A stretch of 64,000 nucleotides of DNA from Candidatus Fimivivens sp. (GTDB lineage Bacteria; Patescibacteriota; Minisyncoccia; Moranbacterales; UBA1568), in NCBI GenBank assembly GCA_035560715.1, contig DATMYW010000034.1, forward strand, positions 16,439 through 80,438. Reading direction: 5' to 3'. Positions 26,746-37,176 of this stretch are shown here, piece by piece (the first letter of the stretch is position 1; each line of letters opens with the position of its first letter). A program made the position numbers and the translations under genes. A model generated the notes under the pieces. That model ran no database searches and had not been told where the DNA came from. It worked only from the letters and a program-made list of their open reading frames with translations.

Positions 26746-28218
26746 TTATGAACGAGCGATACCCGGAAGAAGGCGGCGGATAGGAACCCAATCGGTCGGT
26801 TCCAGGACCCTGGCGGCGAACAGGATGACGAAGTGGAGCAGAAACAGGCAGGCTCCCGAGAAGATGAAGGAATACGTGTCGGCCGGGAGGAAACGGGAGA
26901 GAAAGAGGAGCACTGCCGACGATCCGAACGAGACGATCCAGAGGCGGAGCGGTATGTGAACCCTGAAGTGACTGTCGGTGAAGACGAGAATGCCGACCAT
27001 AAGGATGAACGTGACGATCGTCGTTGCGATTGCCGATCCGACGATTCCGTAGATGGGGATGAGAAGTGCATTGAGGGCGGCAGATGCGACAAGTCCGACA
27101 CCTGAGACATACATGGGAATCTTCACGAGTCCGGCGCCACTGATAGCGAAAGCGAGGACATAAAAAACAGTTAGAAACCCGTTTCCGACCGCAAACACGC
27201 TCAATGATGCGGTGGCTTCGGCGTATGCACTTCCGTAAAAAAGGCTAATGAACGGTCCGGCATAGACCGAAAGCAGGGTCACTGCAGGAAAGAGGATCAG
27301 AGCCAGAAGTCGAAGCGCCTTGTTCACGAGTTTCGAGGTTTCAGCTTGGTCGCGATTTGCCGACGTCTTGGAAATCGCCGGCAACAGGATGATGGTAAGC
27401 GCGTAGAAGAGGTAGTATGGGATATTCCCCACGGTAATGACCGCGTTATACAGGCCGGTGAGGTGGTCGTCATGCAGTAGTGCTTTTACCAGAAAGAGAT
27501 CCAGAGAAGTTATCATCTGGTAAAACAGCATGAAAAGCGTCAGTGGCCAAGCGTAATCGAGCAGTTTTTTTGCCGGGAAGTCCGGTGAGTCCGTGTTTTT
27601 TACCTCGGGGAAGTATTTTTTCGTAATGAGGGCGTCGCAGACCAGCGCGACTCCGAACACGAGCAGGGGGGAAACGATGTAACCGGCAACGGCTCCTCGG
27701 ACTCCGAACAACCATGCCAAGAGGATGATGAAGGTCATCCTCGTGACCGAACGAGTGGTCTTGAGCGCGGCTTGGAGTCTGAAGAAGTGAAGTCCGGTGA
27801 AATATGAAAAATAGAAAGATGCGGCGGCGAATGACGGGATGATAAGCGATGAGAGTTGAAAGAGGGGGGTAAGAGTCGCATCGCCGAGAGCTGCCGCAAT
27901 CAGCGGGGAGAGCAGGAAAAACGCGAGTGTGACGGTCGCCATGATCGTCGTTTGGAGAAATATCGTCTTTCTCTTGATACCGAGTATCCGATCGGGGTGC
28001 GTCTCGAAAATCTCGCTCATGTACTTCGACATGGCGGTTGGCACTCCGTTTCCGATGAGTATGATTACCGTCGTCGTCAGGTTCACAATAAGACCGTACC
28101 GTCCGTAATCGGAGGGGCCGAGCAATCTCCCGACTACGGAATGGATGACGTATCCGGAGGCGTTGAAAATGATTTCCGAAACGGTCAGCCAAACGAGGGC
28201 GCGTGAAAAACTTTTCAT
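26746..28218 (-). CDS. Polysaccharide/O-antigen flippase, Wzx-like, MOP/PST family
   Basis: 490 aa, about 14 TM segments, and N-terminal residues matching PST-family transporters. Confidence 0.75.
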   Translation of the reverse strand: MKSFSRALVWLTVSEIIFNASGYVIHSVVGRLLGPSDYGRYGLIVNLTTTVIILIGNGVPTAMSKYMSEIFETHPDRILGIKRKTIFLQTTIMATVTLAFFLLSPLIAAALGDATLTPLFQLSSLIIPSFAAASFYFSYFTGLHFFRLQAALKTTRSVTRMTFIILLAWLFGVRGAVAGYIVSPLLVFGVALVCDALITKKYFPEVKNTDSPDFPAKKLLDYAWPLTLFMLFYQMITSLDLFLVKALLHDDHLTGLYNAVITVGNIPYYLFYALTIILLPAISKTSANRDQAETSKLVNKALRLLALILFPAVTLLSVYAGPFISLFYGSAYAEATASLSVFAVGNGFLTVFYVLAFAISGAGLVKIPMYVSGVGLVASAALNALLIPIYGIVGSAIATTIVTFILMVGILVFTDSHFRVHIPLRLWIVSFGSSAVLLFLSRFLPADTYSFIFSGACLFLLHFVILFAARVLEPTDWVPIRRLLPGIARS

Positions 28219-28227
28219 GTGAATAGA

Positions 28228-28827
28228 TTAGGAGTTCAACGATGTCAGGATAGATGAGAACACGTCCTCTTTCGACCGATCGGCGTCGATACGGACAAGT
28301 CCCCATCGCTTTGTCATCGATGCGAAAACGCGTCGTTTCTCTTCGATGTATTCGATGCCTTGCTCCGGAACCCGCTCACGCCGCATGACCGCCTCCGGGG
28401 CGATATCAAGAAAGAATGCGGCATCGGGTCGGGGTATGAAATGCTCGCCGGGACAACGGAAAACGTGCGGCCTTGAGAGGTATGCGAGGTTGATGAACGT
28501 ATCATAGAAGTATCGGTCCGACAGCAGTATATCCGTGCCTTTTTTTCGAAGAGAACGGAGGAAGAATCGGAAACGGACGAGATCGACGGCAAAAAATATG
28601 CGACGAAGAAGCATGGAAAGGGGCGTTGCTTTCGTGTTCGCCGCTTCTTCGCCCGGTTTAAACTCGCTTTTCCCGCGCGTGTTCCGGTTGAGCCGATTCG
28701 CCAGAGAAAATTCGACGGCATGGAAATAGGCGACTCTCTTTCCGTCGTTTTCGAAATGCTCACGTAAAAGCGAAAGCTGTGTGGATTTTCCGGAGCCGTC
28801 GGTTCCGGAAAGGGTGATAAGTATCAT
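28228..28827 (-). CDS. tmk: Thymidylate kinase-like P-loop kinase
   Basis: ITLSGTDGSGKSTQ Walker A and the LSDRYFYDT (DRY) motif. It lies 10 nt upstream of wzx in the same operon. Confidence 0.65.
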   Translation of the reverse strand: MILITLSGTDGSGKSTQLSLLREHFENDGKRVAYFHAVEFSLANRLNRNTRGKSEFKPGEEAANTKATPLSMLLRRIFFAVDLVRFRFFLRSLRKKGTDILLSDRYFYDTFINLAYLSRPHVFRCPGEHFIPRPDAAFFLDIAPEAVMRRERVPEQGIEYIEEKRRVFASMTKRWGLVRIDADRSKEDVFSSILTSLNS

Positions 28828-28927
28828 GGGGAATGAATCATGAATATGAAATCAGGCAGGCTCGCCGAGTGCCACGTAATGAAAAGCGCTTGAAATAGGG
28901 AAATACTGTCCATAAAGTATCAGAAAA

Positions 28928-28936
28928 TGGTATAAT
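28928..28936 (+). promoter_or_regulatory. Extended -10 promoter TGGTATAAT
   Basis: TG-n-TATAAT, a perfect hexamer with an extended TG, sits 26 nt upstream of the 28962 start in the divergent region. Confidence 0.35.
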
Positions 28937-28961
28937 AGGCAAACCTGATGAGATATATCCT

Positions 28962-30401
28962 ATGGACCGGCTGACAAGATATTCGGATGGTCTGTTCCTG
29001 ACGTTTCTCTTCCTGCTACCTTTTCAGACGATATATTTGCTGCGTGAGCCATTGGTCGACGGGGAGAAGTGGCAGTACGGCACGATCGGCATTTACCTGT
29101 CCACTTTGGTATTGGCGTGCGCGGTCATGATCGGGGCGGTATTGAAAATGAAGGCGTCAGGGAGCGAATCAATCAGTGTCAGAATAAAAAAATTGTGGCG
29201 GGTTCGGAAAGCCGATGCTTTTCTTCTTCTCATCGTTTTTTGGTCAGGTCTGTCGATCCTCTGGGCGCAGGATGCCGTCTTGGCCGGGTATACGTTCGTA
29301 AAAATCGTTCTCGCCGCGGATGCGTTCGTCCTGACGCGGGAACTGGTGCGACGAGGGAAGGGGAAACGAATCGTGATGATACTCTTCGTGGCAGGCGTAA
29401 TCCAGTCCGCTATCGGTATCGGCCAGTTTCTCACACAGGAAACGTTTTCATCCACCCTGCTCGGGACAAGTCTTCACGAGCCCTGGCAAGCGGGTTCGTC
29501 GGTCCTGAAAATCGGAATAGGACGTTTTTTGCGCGCGTATGGTACCTTTCCCCATCCGAATATGTATGGGGTCTTTCTTGCGGCCATATTGTTGATGGCG
29601 CTGAATATGGTAATTACTTCTGCCTCTACCCCGCAGTCTCGAGCACTCGACACCCCCCCTTTGAAAGAAAAACGGTTTAAAGGCTGCGTCAGCCATTTTC
29701 TCTCTTTCGTAAAGGGAGTACCGAGTCTGCGAGGGGAAGTATTTTACATACGGATTGGAATACTGTCTGGTATCCTTATCATTCTTCTCGGACTCGTCGT
29801 GTCCTTTTCCCGTCTGGCGTGGGGAGGATTTTCGCTCGGGTTCGCATTCTTTTTATGGCAACGATATTCGCGGTTCAGCAAATCGAAGGACAAGACGTGG
29901 AGATATTTGCTCGCTATTTCCGCTACCATCACCATATCAATAGCAGTATTCACCGGCATATTGCATGAAACGGTCTTTCCTCGGTTCGACGGATCAGTTG
30001 TCGGGCGGGAAAGATCGGTAGTCGACCGTATGTCTACGTATGCGGATGCTATAAAGCTCATCAAAGATCATCCGATACTCGGCATAGGGGCGGGAAATTA
30101 CACCGTCGAATTGATACGTATGAATCCGAATCGTCCCATTTGGGCCCTTCAGCCGGCGCACGACGTGCCGCTCCTCATCGTTGCCGAACTCGGACTCGTC
30201 GGCTTCGTTCTGTCGTTCCTTTTCACCGCGACGTACCTGATGGGCGTATTCGAAACGAAAAACGCCCCGATACATATCGGAGCGCTGTTCGTGTTGGCAC
30301 CAAGCCTGTTGCTGGACCATTTCCTGTGGACATCGAACTTTGGACTGCTGTTTCTTTTCGTTCTGCTCGGTATTATCGCCGAATCGGGATCCGATGAATG
30401 A
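28962..30401 (+). CDS. O-antigen ligase / Wzy-like polymerase family membrane protein
   Basis: 479 aa, polytopic, with a periplasmic loop carrying the Wzy_C-like block ...SFSRLAWGGF... Confidence 0.7.
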   Translation: MDRLTRYSDGLFLTFLFLLPFQTIYLLREPLVDGEKWQYGTIGIYLSTLVLACAVMIGAVLKMKASGSESISVRIKKLWRVRKADAFLLLIVFWSGLSILWAQDAVLAGYTFVKIVLAADAFVLTRELVRRGKGKRIVMILFVAGVIQSAIGIGQFLTQETFSSTLLGTSLHEPWQAGSSVLKIGIGRFLRAYGTFPHPNMYGVFLAAILLMALNMVITSASTPQSRALDTPPLKEKRFKGCVSHFLSFVKGVPSLRGEVFYIRIGILSGILIILLGLVVSFSRLAWGGFSLGFAFFLWQRYSRFSKSKDKTWRYLLAISATITISIAVFTGILHETVFPRFDGSVVGRERSVVDRMSTYADAIKLIKDHPILGIGAGNYTVELIRMNPNRPIWALQPAHDVPLLIVAELGLVGFVLSFLFTATYLMGVFETKNAPIHIGALFVLAPSLLLDHFLWTSNFGLLFLFVLLGIIAESGSDE

Positions 30402-30539
30402 ATACGCTCCTCTCGACGTTCGAAATACGAAATCAAAAATGAATACTCCTCGCGACAAGCCGCTGCGAATGCGCCATAAGGAGATCCGATCCTGTCATCG
30501 TTCCTTGTTGTCCGTTTTCTGATAACTGTTTGCTGCAGA

Positions 30540-32060
30540 TCAATACATGATCACCGCGACGGGTTGCATCTTGGCGACCGGTTTGACGATGTCGTTTTCC
30601 TTGACGCTCGCGATGACGGCATCCGCGTTCTTATAGTGGGCACTGTCCTGCTCGATGACCTTGGACGAGCGGCCGTTGTAGAGCTTCACGCCACGGGTCG
30701 CGAGTTTCTTGTCGAGTTCTTCTCGGCTTTGCGGGACGACCGATTCGGCCGCGGCCTTCGGCTTTCCGGCGCCGTGGTTGCACGAGAAGAACGTAGACTC
30801 GTTGCCGTCCGTACCGACGCAGAGATAGCCTTCCGTCGACATCGAGGTCGGGATGAACGCGGGCTCGCCGGTCTCGCGGAAAAGGGGGTGATCCGACATG
30901 CGAGACGGTCCGTAGGCTCGGCTGGTCCCGTTCCGATGGATCCAGGCATTCTTACCGAAATGTTCTTCCTCGGAGACCAGGATATGCGGCATGTCATATA
31001 CCAACTCGAATCCCGGATCCCGTCCCAATACTTCCTTGATCGTCTCGGATACGTTGTGCGCGATGATGGCACGGTTCGCATGCGCGAAGTTGGAGCACGC
31101 GTTCCGGGCCTCCATGTACATCTTTCCGTCCTCGCCGTCGCCCTCGAACGTAAACAGCTCTTCCTTGGCGCCGAAATCGAAGTCTTTGATCTTCTTCGCG
31201 ATCGCGTCGATAACGCGCTTTCGGGGCGTGAAGAATGTCATCCTGCCGAGCCACGCCATGAGGGCTTGCGAGCGGTGTTCCCGCTTTTTGGCCGTATACA
31301 TGTACATGGTGTACTGGCCGAGAATGCCGGACCCGCAGTGGACCATGAACAGATACTGCCCCTTTCGGATTCCGAGTTTTTGCGCCAGGACGGGATCTTC
31401 GAGATCGGTCACCCTCATCAGATCGAGGAAATGATTTCCTGCGGCGCCGAGAATGCCTGACCGGAACTTGGCGAAAAAAAGAAACAGTCTCGGGATGACC
31501 TCGTAGATGCTCTTTCTGGAGACTTCCTTGCCGTAGAAGTTTCCACGATCGAGGGAATTCTCCCGTTCAAACTTCGTTTCGATGCCAAGATGATCTATTG
31601 CCGCACCGACACCCTTGCGACAGATATCCACGATGACACGGAAGGGAAGAACCGTGCCGATAAGGGATTTAGTCGGAACTCGCTCCACGAGCTTCTGAAA
31701 CAGCTTGTCGATATCTTCTGAAGACAGGTCGTTTTCCGTCATGTTCGTCCGAATGAGTCGCATTCCGCAGGCCGGATCCGTGTCGTTGACCTGGGGGAGT
31801 ATGAATTTTTCCGAGGCGATGGTCGTACCGGTCGCGTTCTTTCGTCCGGGCTTCGAATGGACATCTGCCATCGCGGCGACATGACGAAACAGGCCGTCAT
31901 TGCTTGCGACGCATTCCAATTGGGCAAGCGTGCTGTCGGCCGGCAGCAATTCATCCTGCACATGAAACACGACCGGAACCTTCATCCGGTCGGTCTTCAT
32001 CTCGCTCCGAAAGCCGCCGGTTCTCGTGAAATCGTTTTCGTCGATCATATTCCTATTCAT
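30540..32060 (-). CDS. rtcB: RNA-splicing ligase RtcB family (3'-phosphate/5'-OH RNA ligase)
   Basis: AMADVHSKPGRKNATGT (His/metal site) and SCNHGAGK (NHGAG motif). The 506-aa length fits the family. Confidence 0.85.
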   Translation of the reverse strand: MNRNMIDENDFTRTGGFRSEMKTDRMKVPVVFHVQDELLPADSTLAQLECVASNDGLFRHVAAMADVHSKPGRKNATGTTIASEKFILPQVNDTDPACGMRLIRTNMTENDLSSEDIDKLFQKLVERVPTKSLIGTVLPFRVIVDICRKGVGAAIDHLGIETKFERENSLDRGNFYGKEVSRKSIYEVIPRLFLFFAKFRSGILGAAGNHFLDLMRVTDLEDPVLAQKLGIRKGQYLFMVHCGSGILGQYTMYMYTAKKREHRSQALMAWLGRMTFFTPRKRVIDAIAKKIKDFDFGAKEELFTFEGDGEDGKMYMEARNACSNFAHANRAIIAHNVSETIKEVLGRDPGFELVYDMPHILVSEEEHFGKNAWIHRNGTSRAYGPSRMSDHPLFRETGEPAFIPTSMSTEGYLCVGTDGNESTFFSCNHGAGKPKAAAESVVPQSREELDKKLATRGVKLYNGRSSKVIEQDSAHYKNADAVIASVKENDIVKPVAKMQPVAVIMY

Positions 32061-32071
32061 GGATCGGCTCC

Positions 32072-32458
32072 TTAGGACGCATCGTCTGAGTCTTCGACGT
32101 CCGGTTCGATCGAATCGAAAATACGCCGCAAGCGTTCCGCGGTCTCCGGCGGGACGGACGTCGCATACTCGGAGAGTACGAGGGACAGCGCTCGTTTGAT
32201 CTCGTGCTCCGGAGTGGTCACTTCAGTCAACTCCGATGCCGAGAAATCCATCGTGGGCAGTTCGTCCGGGTCCGCGTTCTCGTCTCTCGCGTGATTATCC
32301 AATATCCCACGTATCACGGATACGTCCGTGGAAGCCGACTCGACGTTGTCCGACGACACATACGCCTTTCGAAGAAAGGATTCGAGTGACGCATAAAAAC
32401 GATTTTCAGACTCCTTCTCAGATGAACCATCCCACATTGGAAATTCCGGGTTTGACAT
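32072..32458 (-). CDS. Acidic hypothetical protein of 128 aa, translationally coupled upstream of rtcB
   Basis: Strongly acidic (D/E-rich) with no recognisable domain. It lies 11 nt before the rtcB start and 44 nt after the MBL hydrolase gene. Confidence 0.45.
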   Translation of the reverse strand: MSNPEFPMWDGSSEKESENRFYASLESFLRKAYVSSDNVESASTDVSVIRGILDNHARDENADPDELPTMDFSASELTEVTTPEHEIKRALSLVLSEYATSVPPETAERLRRIFDSIEPDVEDSDDAS

Positions 32459-32502
32459 ACTCGTTCACTGTTGGATTATCATGCTTAATTATACACCATG
32501 GC

Positions 32503-33171
32503 TTATCGAAGGGATAATACTGATCCAGGAACCAGTTCCTTTGTTCTTGCCCGGGTTCCGACCAGTCGGGAAAATTCGATCGTATCCGCGACGATAGCCG
32601 GGAAAGTGCCGTAGTGCATCGGGATGACAGTTTTCGGTCGGATAAGCTCGACCGCCCTCGCGGCGGCACGGATGTCCATTGTAAACGTACCGCCGATAGG
32701 TAACAGAGCCACATCGATTTTTTCTTCGGCAAGGAACGCCATATCACTGAAAAGAGCGGTGTCGCCCGCATGATACAGCGATATGTCAGGGTGTCGCACG
32801 ATGAATCCGCACGGCACGCCGACTCCGCACGAATGGATCGCCGGAACGAAGGTGATGCGGATTCCGCCGGTTCCGATCGTCCCGCCGATATTTCCGGAAA
32901 CGACCTGCGTAATTCCCTCGTCGCGGAAACGGTTCGCGAGTTCAGCGACCGCTACGACGGTCGCCCGCGCGCGCTTCGCGATCGATACGGCATCGTCGAA
33001 ACCGTGGTCGGCGTGATCATGTGTGACGAGTACGATATCCGCCGAATCGATATCGTCCGGAGACGCGAGCGGGCTTTGCGGGTTCCCGTCGATCCACGGA
33101 TCGAACAGGATTGTCTTTCCGCCGATCTTCAGTTCGAATGCGGCGTGACCGAGGAAACGGAGTTCGGACAT
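32503..33171 (-). CDS. Metallo-beta-lactamase-fold metal-dependent hydrolase (UPF0173 family)
   Basis: The HDHADH motif plus downstream His/Asp ligands. The start is taken at MSELRFLGHAAF, Met12 of the track ORF. Confidence 0.8.
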   Translation of the reverse strand: MSELRFLGHAAFELKIGGKTILFDPWIDGNPQSPLASPDDIDSADIVLVTHDHADHGFDDAVSIAKRARATVVAVAELANRFRDEGITQVVSGNIGGTIGTGGIRITFVPAIHSCGVGVPCGFIVRHPDISLYHAGDTALFSDMAFLAEEKIDVALLPIGGTFTMDIRAAARAVELIRPKTVIPMHYGTFPAIVADTIEFSRLVGTRARTKELVPGSVLSLR

Positions 33172-33299
33172 AAGGGGGTTGTAAGCATGTCGGATCAAAA
33201 CCACGACGTATCACCAAGGAATGCCATGACGGACTACCTCAAAAAGCGCTCTGCCGATTCACGGACGCCCGAGTCCCAGAGTCGTTCCGACTACGGACT

Positions 33300-33575
33300 C
33301 TAATCCAGAATGCTTGCCAATGCGACGATTCCATACAGCCCGTCCAGCTCGTCGGTCAGCGTCTTGATATCCGCACGTGTCCCCTCGATGACAACCGTGA
33401 TGAGACCGCTGTAATTCCGCAGCCCTGTCCGACCAAGGTTCACGCCGAGGCGCGAAATGATGTTGTTCCCGTGCCTGGAGAGTATCTCGTTGATTTTTCC
33501 AGCGTGCGTCTCGCGCTCCTTCACGAGAATGGTCACCGTCGCGATATGGGACTGGGGCTTCGATGTTTCGGTCAT
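33300..33575 (-). CDS. Small ACT-like regulatory protein (NikR-C / TM1266-like fold)
   Basis: A 91-aa beta-alpha-beta-beta-alpha-beta pattern with a KINEIL...G.NIISRLGV block. Confidence 0.4.
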   Translation of the reverse strand: MTETSKPQSHIATVTILVKERETHAGKINEILSRHGNNIISRLGVNLGRTGLRNYSGLITVVIEGTRADIKTLTDELDGLYGIVALASILD

Positions 33576-33642
33576 ATTCGTTTGATTATTGACGCAAATA
33601 ATTGAGTATCGGATAAATCAAAACACCAGACACATTCATGAA

Positions 33643-34764
33643 TCAGAGATTTTCATAAACTTTCGCATAGCGCTTCGCGGTTTCCTTCAGATCGAATTCC
33701 CGCTCGACGTAGGCGCGGGCAGCCAAACCCATCGTTTTGACCAACGCACGATCGTTCTCGAATCGCTGGACGGCCGTCAGGAACGCGTCACCGTCACCGC
33801 GGGGGATGGTAATCGTGAAATCGGCAGCCGAAAATTCCGTAAAGAGCGGAATGTCGGAAAGGATGACCGGCTTGGCGCAGGCATACGGTTCGATGACCGC
33901 GAGCGGAACATCGAACTTTCCCTTCATGTCGCCGACCGGAAAGGCGATCACATCGGCAAGATTATACAACCCGAGAACATCGCCAAAGGTATCGGAGCAG
34001 TGAAACCGGTTGCCGAGACCCGCCTCTTTAAATTTCCCCATGACCTCGTTTTTCTTCGCGACGTCGGCTTCGTTCTTCAGACGGAGCGCCCAAAAGAATC
34101 GAACGGGGGAATCGGGGTGTTCGCGATGATATCTGATCATGGCGTCTGCGAGCATATCGGTCGCGCCCAATCGGGCGTATTCACCGACGTACGACACGAT
34201 GAAGTCATCCTTCGTGAATCCGAAACGTTTCAACAGTTCCGGATTCTTGGGTGCCGGACGGAAATGGTCGAGGTCTATTCCGGGATATATGCGCTCCACC
34301 CCCGCAAATCCCATCTCCTCGAGTCGGTGCTTCGACCGATCGGCATACGTGATGATCCGGTCCGCGAAGAGCATTTTTTTCAGGTCTTCCTCGGAATAGA
34401 GGTCCTCGCGCAGCGTGGCGACGGTCTGAATGGTCTTGCCGCGGGTCGGACGAACCAGGTTTCGGATGATCCACGAGTTGAGTTTCGTCGGCGTGAAGAG
34501 ATAGTGGGTCACGTCGAACCGGTTGCGGAATCGAAACAGCGAGAAGAAGAGCTCGGCCTTTGCGCGCAAGTCGAATCGTCCCGAAGAGTAGATCGGTTCC
34601 TGTGAGACGGACCCCGGAAGGGCGTCGATCGTGCCGCTCGTGAGGATCGAAGCCGGAATGCCCGAAAGCGACTTCGCCAGGAAATAGGCGAAGTTCTTGG
34701 ATCCTTCGTCCCACGGGGGACAGAGCGGTCGAGTGACGAGGAGCACGTTTTTTTTCTGGGGCAT
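33643..34764 (-). CDS. GT4-family glycosyltransferase
   Basis: The N-terminus MPQKKNVLLVTRPLCPPWDEG and the C-terminal GT4 motif region. The start is moved to Met34 of the track ORF. Confidence 0.8.
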   Translation of the reverse strand: MPQKKNVLLVTRPLCPPWDEGSKNFAYFLAKSLSGIPASILTSGTIDALPGSVSQEPIYSSGRFDLRAKAELFFSLFRFRNRFDVTHYLFTPTKLNSWIIRNLVRPTRGKTIQTVATLREDLYSEEDLKKMLFADRIITYADRSKHRLEEMGFAGVERIYPGIDLDHFRPAPKNPELLKRFGFTKDDFIVSYVGEYARLGATDMLADAMIRYHREHPDSPVRFFWALRLKNEADVAKKNEVMGKFKEAGLGNRFHCSDTFGDVLGLYNLADVIAFPVGDMKGKFDVPLAVIEPYACAKPVILSDIPLFTEFSAADFTITIPRGDGDAFLTAVQRFENDRALVKTMGLAARAYVEREFDLKETAKRYAKVYENL

Positions 34765-34780
34765 ATGTCGTTCTTGGCGG

Positions 34781-35206
34781 TTATCGTTCCCGGTAAATCT
34801 CCCTCTTCGTGCCGTCATCTGCCGATACGGAGACGCTCGTGCGGCCCGAATCCGGTACGACATCCGGAGTCACGAGCCTCGTATCTCCCTTGGCGACCGA
34901 CAGATCACCGGTCGAAAGCGTCGATCCTCCGCGCGTTACGGTATATGTGAAGCGGGTCGCTTTGGAATGATTCGTGACCAGGAAAGACGACGAGTCGGCA
35001 TTGCGTGTCTCGAAGGAGAGTGTCCACCAGTCTTTCCCGCGATCCGGATCGAAGGCGCGTTCTATCCCGAAGAACAATATGCCGACGGCGATCGAAAACA
35101 TGACGATGGTCGCACAAGCCGGCCCCCACTCGCTTTCCGTGAGCCGGGCAAGGGATACGAGCTTCCTTTCGCTCGTGTCGGTGTCGCGATTACTGTTTCC
35201 GTTCAT
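34781..35206 (-). CDS. Small membrane-anchored protein with one TM segment; hypothetical
   Basis: It runs in series on the minus strand with flanking genes (17-nt overlap upstream). It has one hydrophobic helix and a Ser/Thr-rich exposed tail. Confidence 0.4.
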   Translation of the reverse strand: MNGNSNRDTDTSERKLVSLARLTESEWGPACATIVMFSIAVGILFFGIERAFDPDRGKDWWTLSFETRNADSSSFLVTNHSKATRFTYTVTRGGSTLSTGDLSVAKGDTRLVTPDVVPDSGRTSVSVSADDGTKREIYRER

Positions 35207-37175
35207 AGATTTGTATGGATGTACCGTCGAAAATACGGGAGAACGCGTGCGATTTTTCGAATTGAGACGAGTCGTATCGTGGATTGACGGCGAGCAGGTT
35301 CACCCGAAGGTCGGCGAAGCACGTCTGCCCATCCGACAGATTCGGTGCGGAAATCATGCGGAGCGTGCACTGTTCGCGGGGATTCGTCTCGTCCTCATAC
35401 CGCTTGAAGAGCCCTCTGGAAAGCGGATACGAGTACCCCTTCATGAAAAGCAGTTTCATCCACGAATCGGCAGCGAGATAATTATGGTCCTTGAGAGGGA
35501 GATCGCCTGGCAGCGCATGATCGGAGAGGTATATCGATGCGTCGAATACCTCGATCGCATCCTGCGTCCTGACCGATCCAGGCAGTGACGACTGATTATC
35601 CTGCGAACCGTCCCATGCCGGAAAGGAAAACAATATCAGTGACGCGAACAGGAATGCCGTTCCCGGCAGCAACACACCCGATATCCTGCCGACCGGATTG
35701 CGGAAATATGACGGAAACGCCGCGAGAAACAGTCCGGCAAGGATGGTCATGGGAAACGAAAGGTAGGTGCCGATACGATCCGAGGGAATATTGAGAAACA
35801 GCCATCCTGGACGGATAGTCATGAGGAGCAGTATGCCACCCCAACCCAACAGGAAGGGAAACGTGACGGATCTGCGGAGCGGCCGGATCGCTGCCGCGAG
35901 GACGAGTGCGGCGATGCCGATCGCCATACGGGCGGTCCCGGTACTTTGCGTCGCCTGGAGGAACGTGAGGCCGGTCCGCGTAGATTTCAACGGGGTGCCG
36001 ACGGCGGTCGTGACGGCGTTGGTTTCGATGTAAGTCGGCATGGCGATCAAGAAGAAGAACGATCCAGCGAAGACGAGTGCAAGAGCCGGATACGGAGACA
36101 TGAACAACCGTAGGAATTTTTTCAGAAGTCCTGACAGATTACGGAATGACATGCCGATGAGGGAGATCGCCGTACCGAAAATCGAGAACCCGAGAACGAA
36201 CGCGGAGAGGTGATGCGTATATGCGAGCGTGAGCGTAACGAGCAGACCGAGACCGAGAAAACGTGAGTCTTCCTCCGTGAACGCCCGGAAGAACGACAAG
36301 ATGACGAGCGGAATCATCAGGTTCCCGAATAGGTTACCGACCACGCCGCCTGAAACGAACTTCGTCTCGGGAGATGCCAGGGTGAAGAGCGGTCCGGCGA
36401 AAAAGAGTACGGCGAGTCCCGCAGTGACCGGCGAAATGTCACGATCGCGGAATAACGGTACCGAAAGACGAACCGACAGGACGAATAGCGCGATAATCGA
36501 CAGCAGGTTCACGAGAAGCAGGAACGATATCGGGAATGCGGAGAAGAAGGAGGAGCCGGACAGTTTCGCGATCGCCGCGAAGGGAAGGTGTTCGCCGATG
36601 ATGAAGTCCGATATCGGTTCCGGGGCGGAGAGCGACGTGTGACCGTCGCCTCTGTCGACGATCTCACGCTTGGAATAGTCCGGCAACCTTCCAGTATCGA
36701 CGATGACCTTGGACCAGTACATGTGATGACCGAGATCCGTGGCGGTCGGCAGACCGGCATCGAACAGATAGAAGGTCTTCAGGAAGACCGTCAGACCGAA
36801 GAGTAACAAGAAAACCGCGCGTTCCGTGTCCGAGAATCGGACTGCAGATCCGAAAGTATCGGGGCGAGAGTTGATCGGCGTCCGTTTCGAGATGAAGAAA
36901 CGTAGAAATATCAGTCTTAGGACGGCTGAGGCGATCGGTACGACCGTCAGGGCAAGTAGCAGGACGGGAACGGTAAGTCCCACTCCGGCCCGGCCGATGG
37001 CCATCATAGAGAAATCGAGCGAACCGATTCCGAGCACGAATGAGAAGGTGAGCCGTTCGAGAGGGGAGAGACGGAAGGACGGACCGAACAGACCCCAAAT
37101 CAAAAGATGCCCGAAAGCGGGAATCGCGAGCGTGACCAGAAGAAACGGAAGGAAAGTAATCATAGGTCGGCGCAA
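35190..37175 (-). CDS. Large polytopic membrane protein of 661 aa, probably GT-C-fold and related to the 18942 gene product
   Basis: At least 13 TM segments plus a C-terminal soluble domain. It has a TATDLGHHMYW block analogous to the PFHTYQSTAIHVGSMHQ block of the 18942 product. Confidence 0.6.
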   Translation of the reverse strand: MRRPMITFLPFLLVTLAIPAFGHLLIWGLFGPSFRLSPLERLTFSFVLGIGSLDFSMMAIGRAGVGLTVPVLLLALTVVPIASAVLRLIFLRFFISKRTPINSRPDTFGSAVRFSDTERAVFLLLFGLTVFLKTFYLFDAGLPTATDLGHHMYWSKVIVDTGRLPDYSKREIVDRGDGHTSLSAPEPISDFIIGEHLPFAAIAKLSGSSFFSAFPISFLLLVNLLSIIALFVLSVRLSVPLFRDRDISPVTAGLAVLFFAGPLFTLASPETKFVSGGVVGNLFGNLMIPLVILSFFRAFTEEDSRFLGLGLLVTLTLAYTHHLSAFVLGFSIFGTAISLIGMSFRNLSGLLKKFLRLFMSPYPALALVFAGSFFFLIAMPTYIETNAVTTAVGTPLKSTRTGLTFLQATQSTGTARMAIGIAALVLAAAIRPLRRSVTFPFLLGWGGILLLMTIRPGWLFLNIPSDRIGTYLSFPMTILAGLFLAAFPSYFRNPVGRISGVLLPGTAFLFASLILFSFPAWDGSQDNQSSLPGSVRTQDAIEVFDASIYLSDHALPGDLPLKDHNYLAADSWMKLLFMKGYSYPLSRGLFKRYEDETNPREQCTLRMISAPNLSDGQTCFADLRVNLLAVNPRYDSSQFEKSHAFSRIFDGTSIQIYERKQ

Positions 37176-37176
37176 C

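Noticed and set aside
28228-28827. tmk inside a polysaccharide operon flagged as misannotated or as a novel nucleotide-sugar kinase.
   Set aside because: The P-loop and DRY motif fit thymidylate kinase well. Co-transcription with wzx is odd but not informative by itself.
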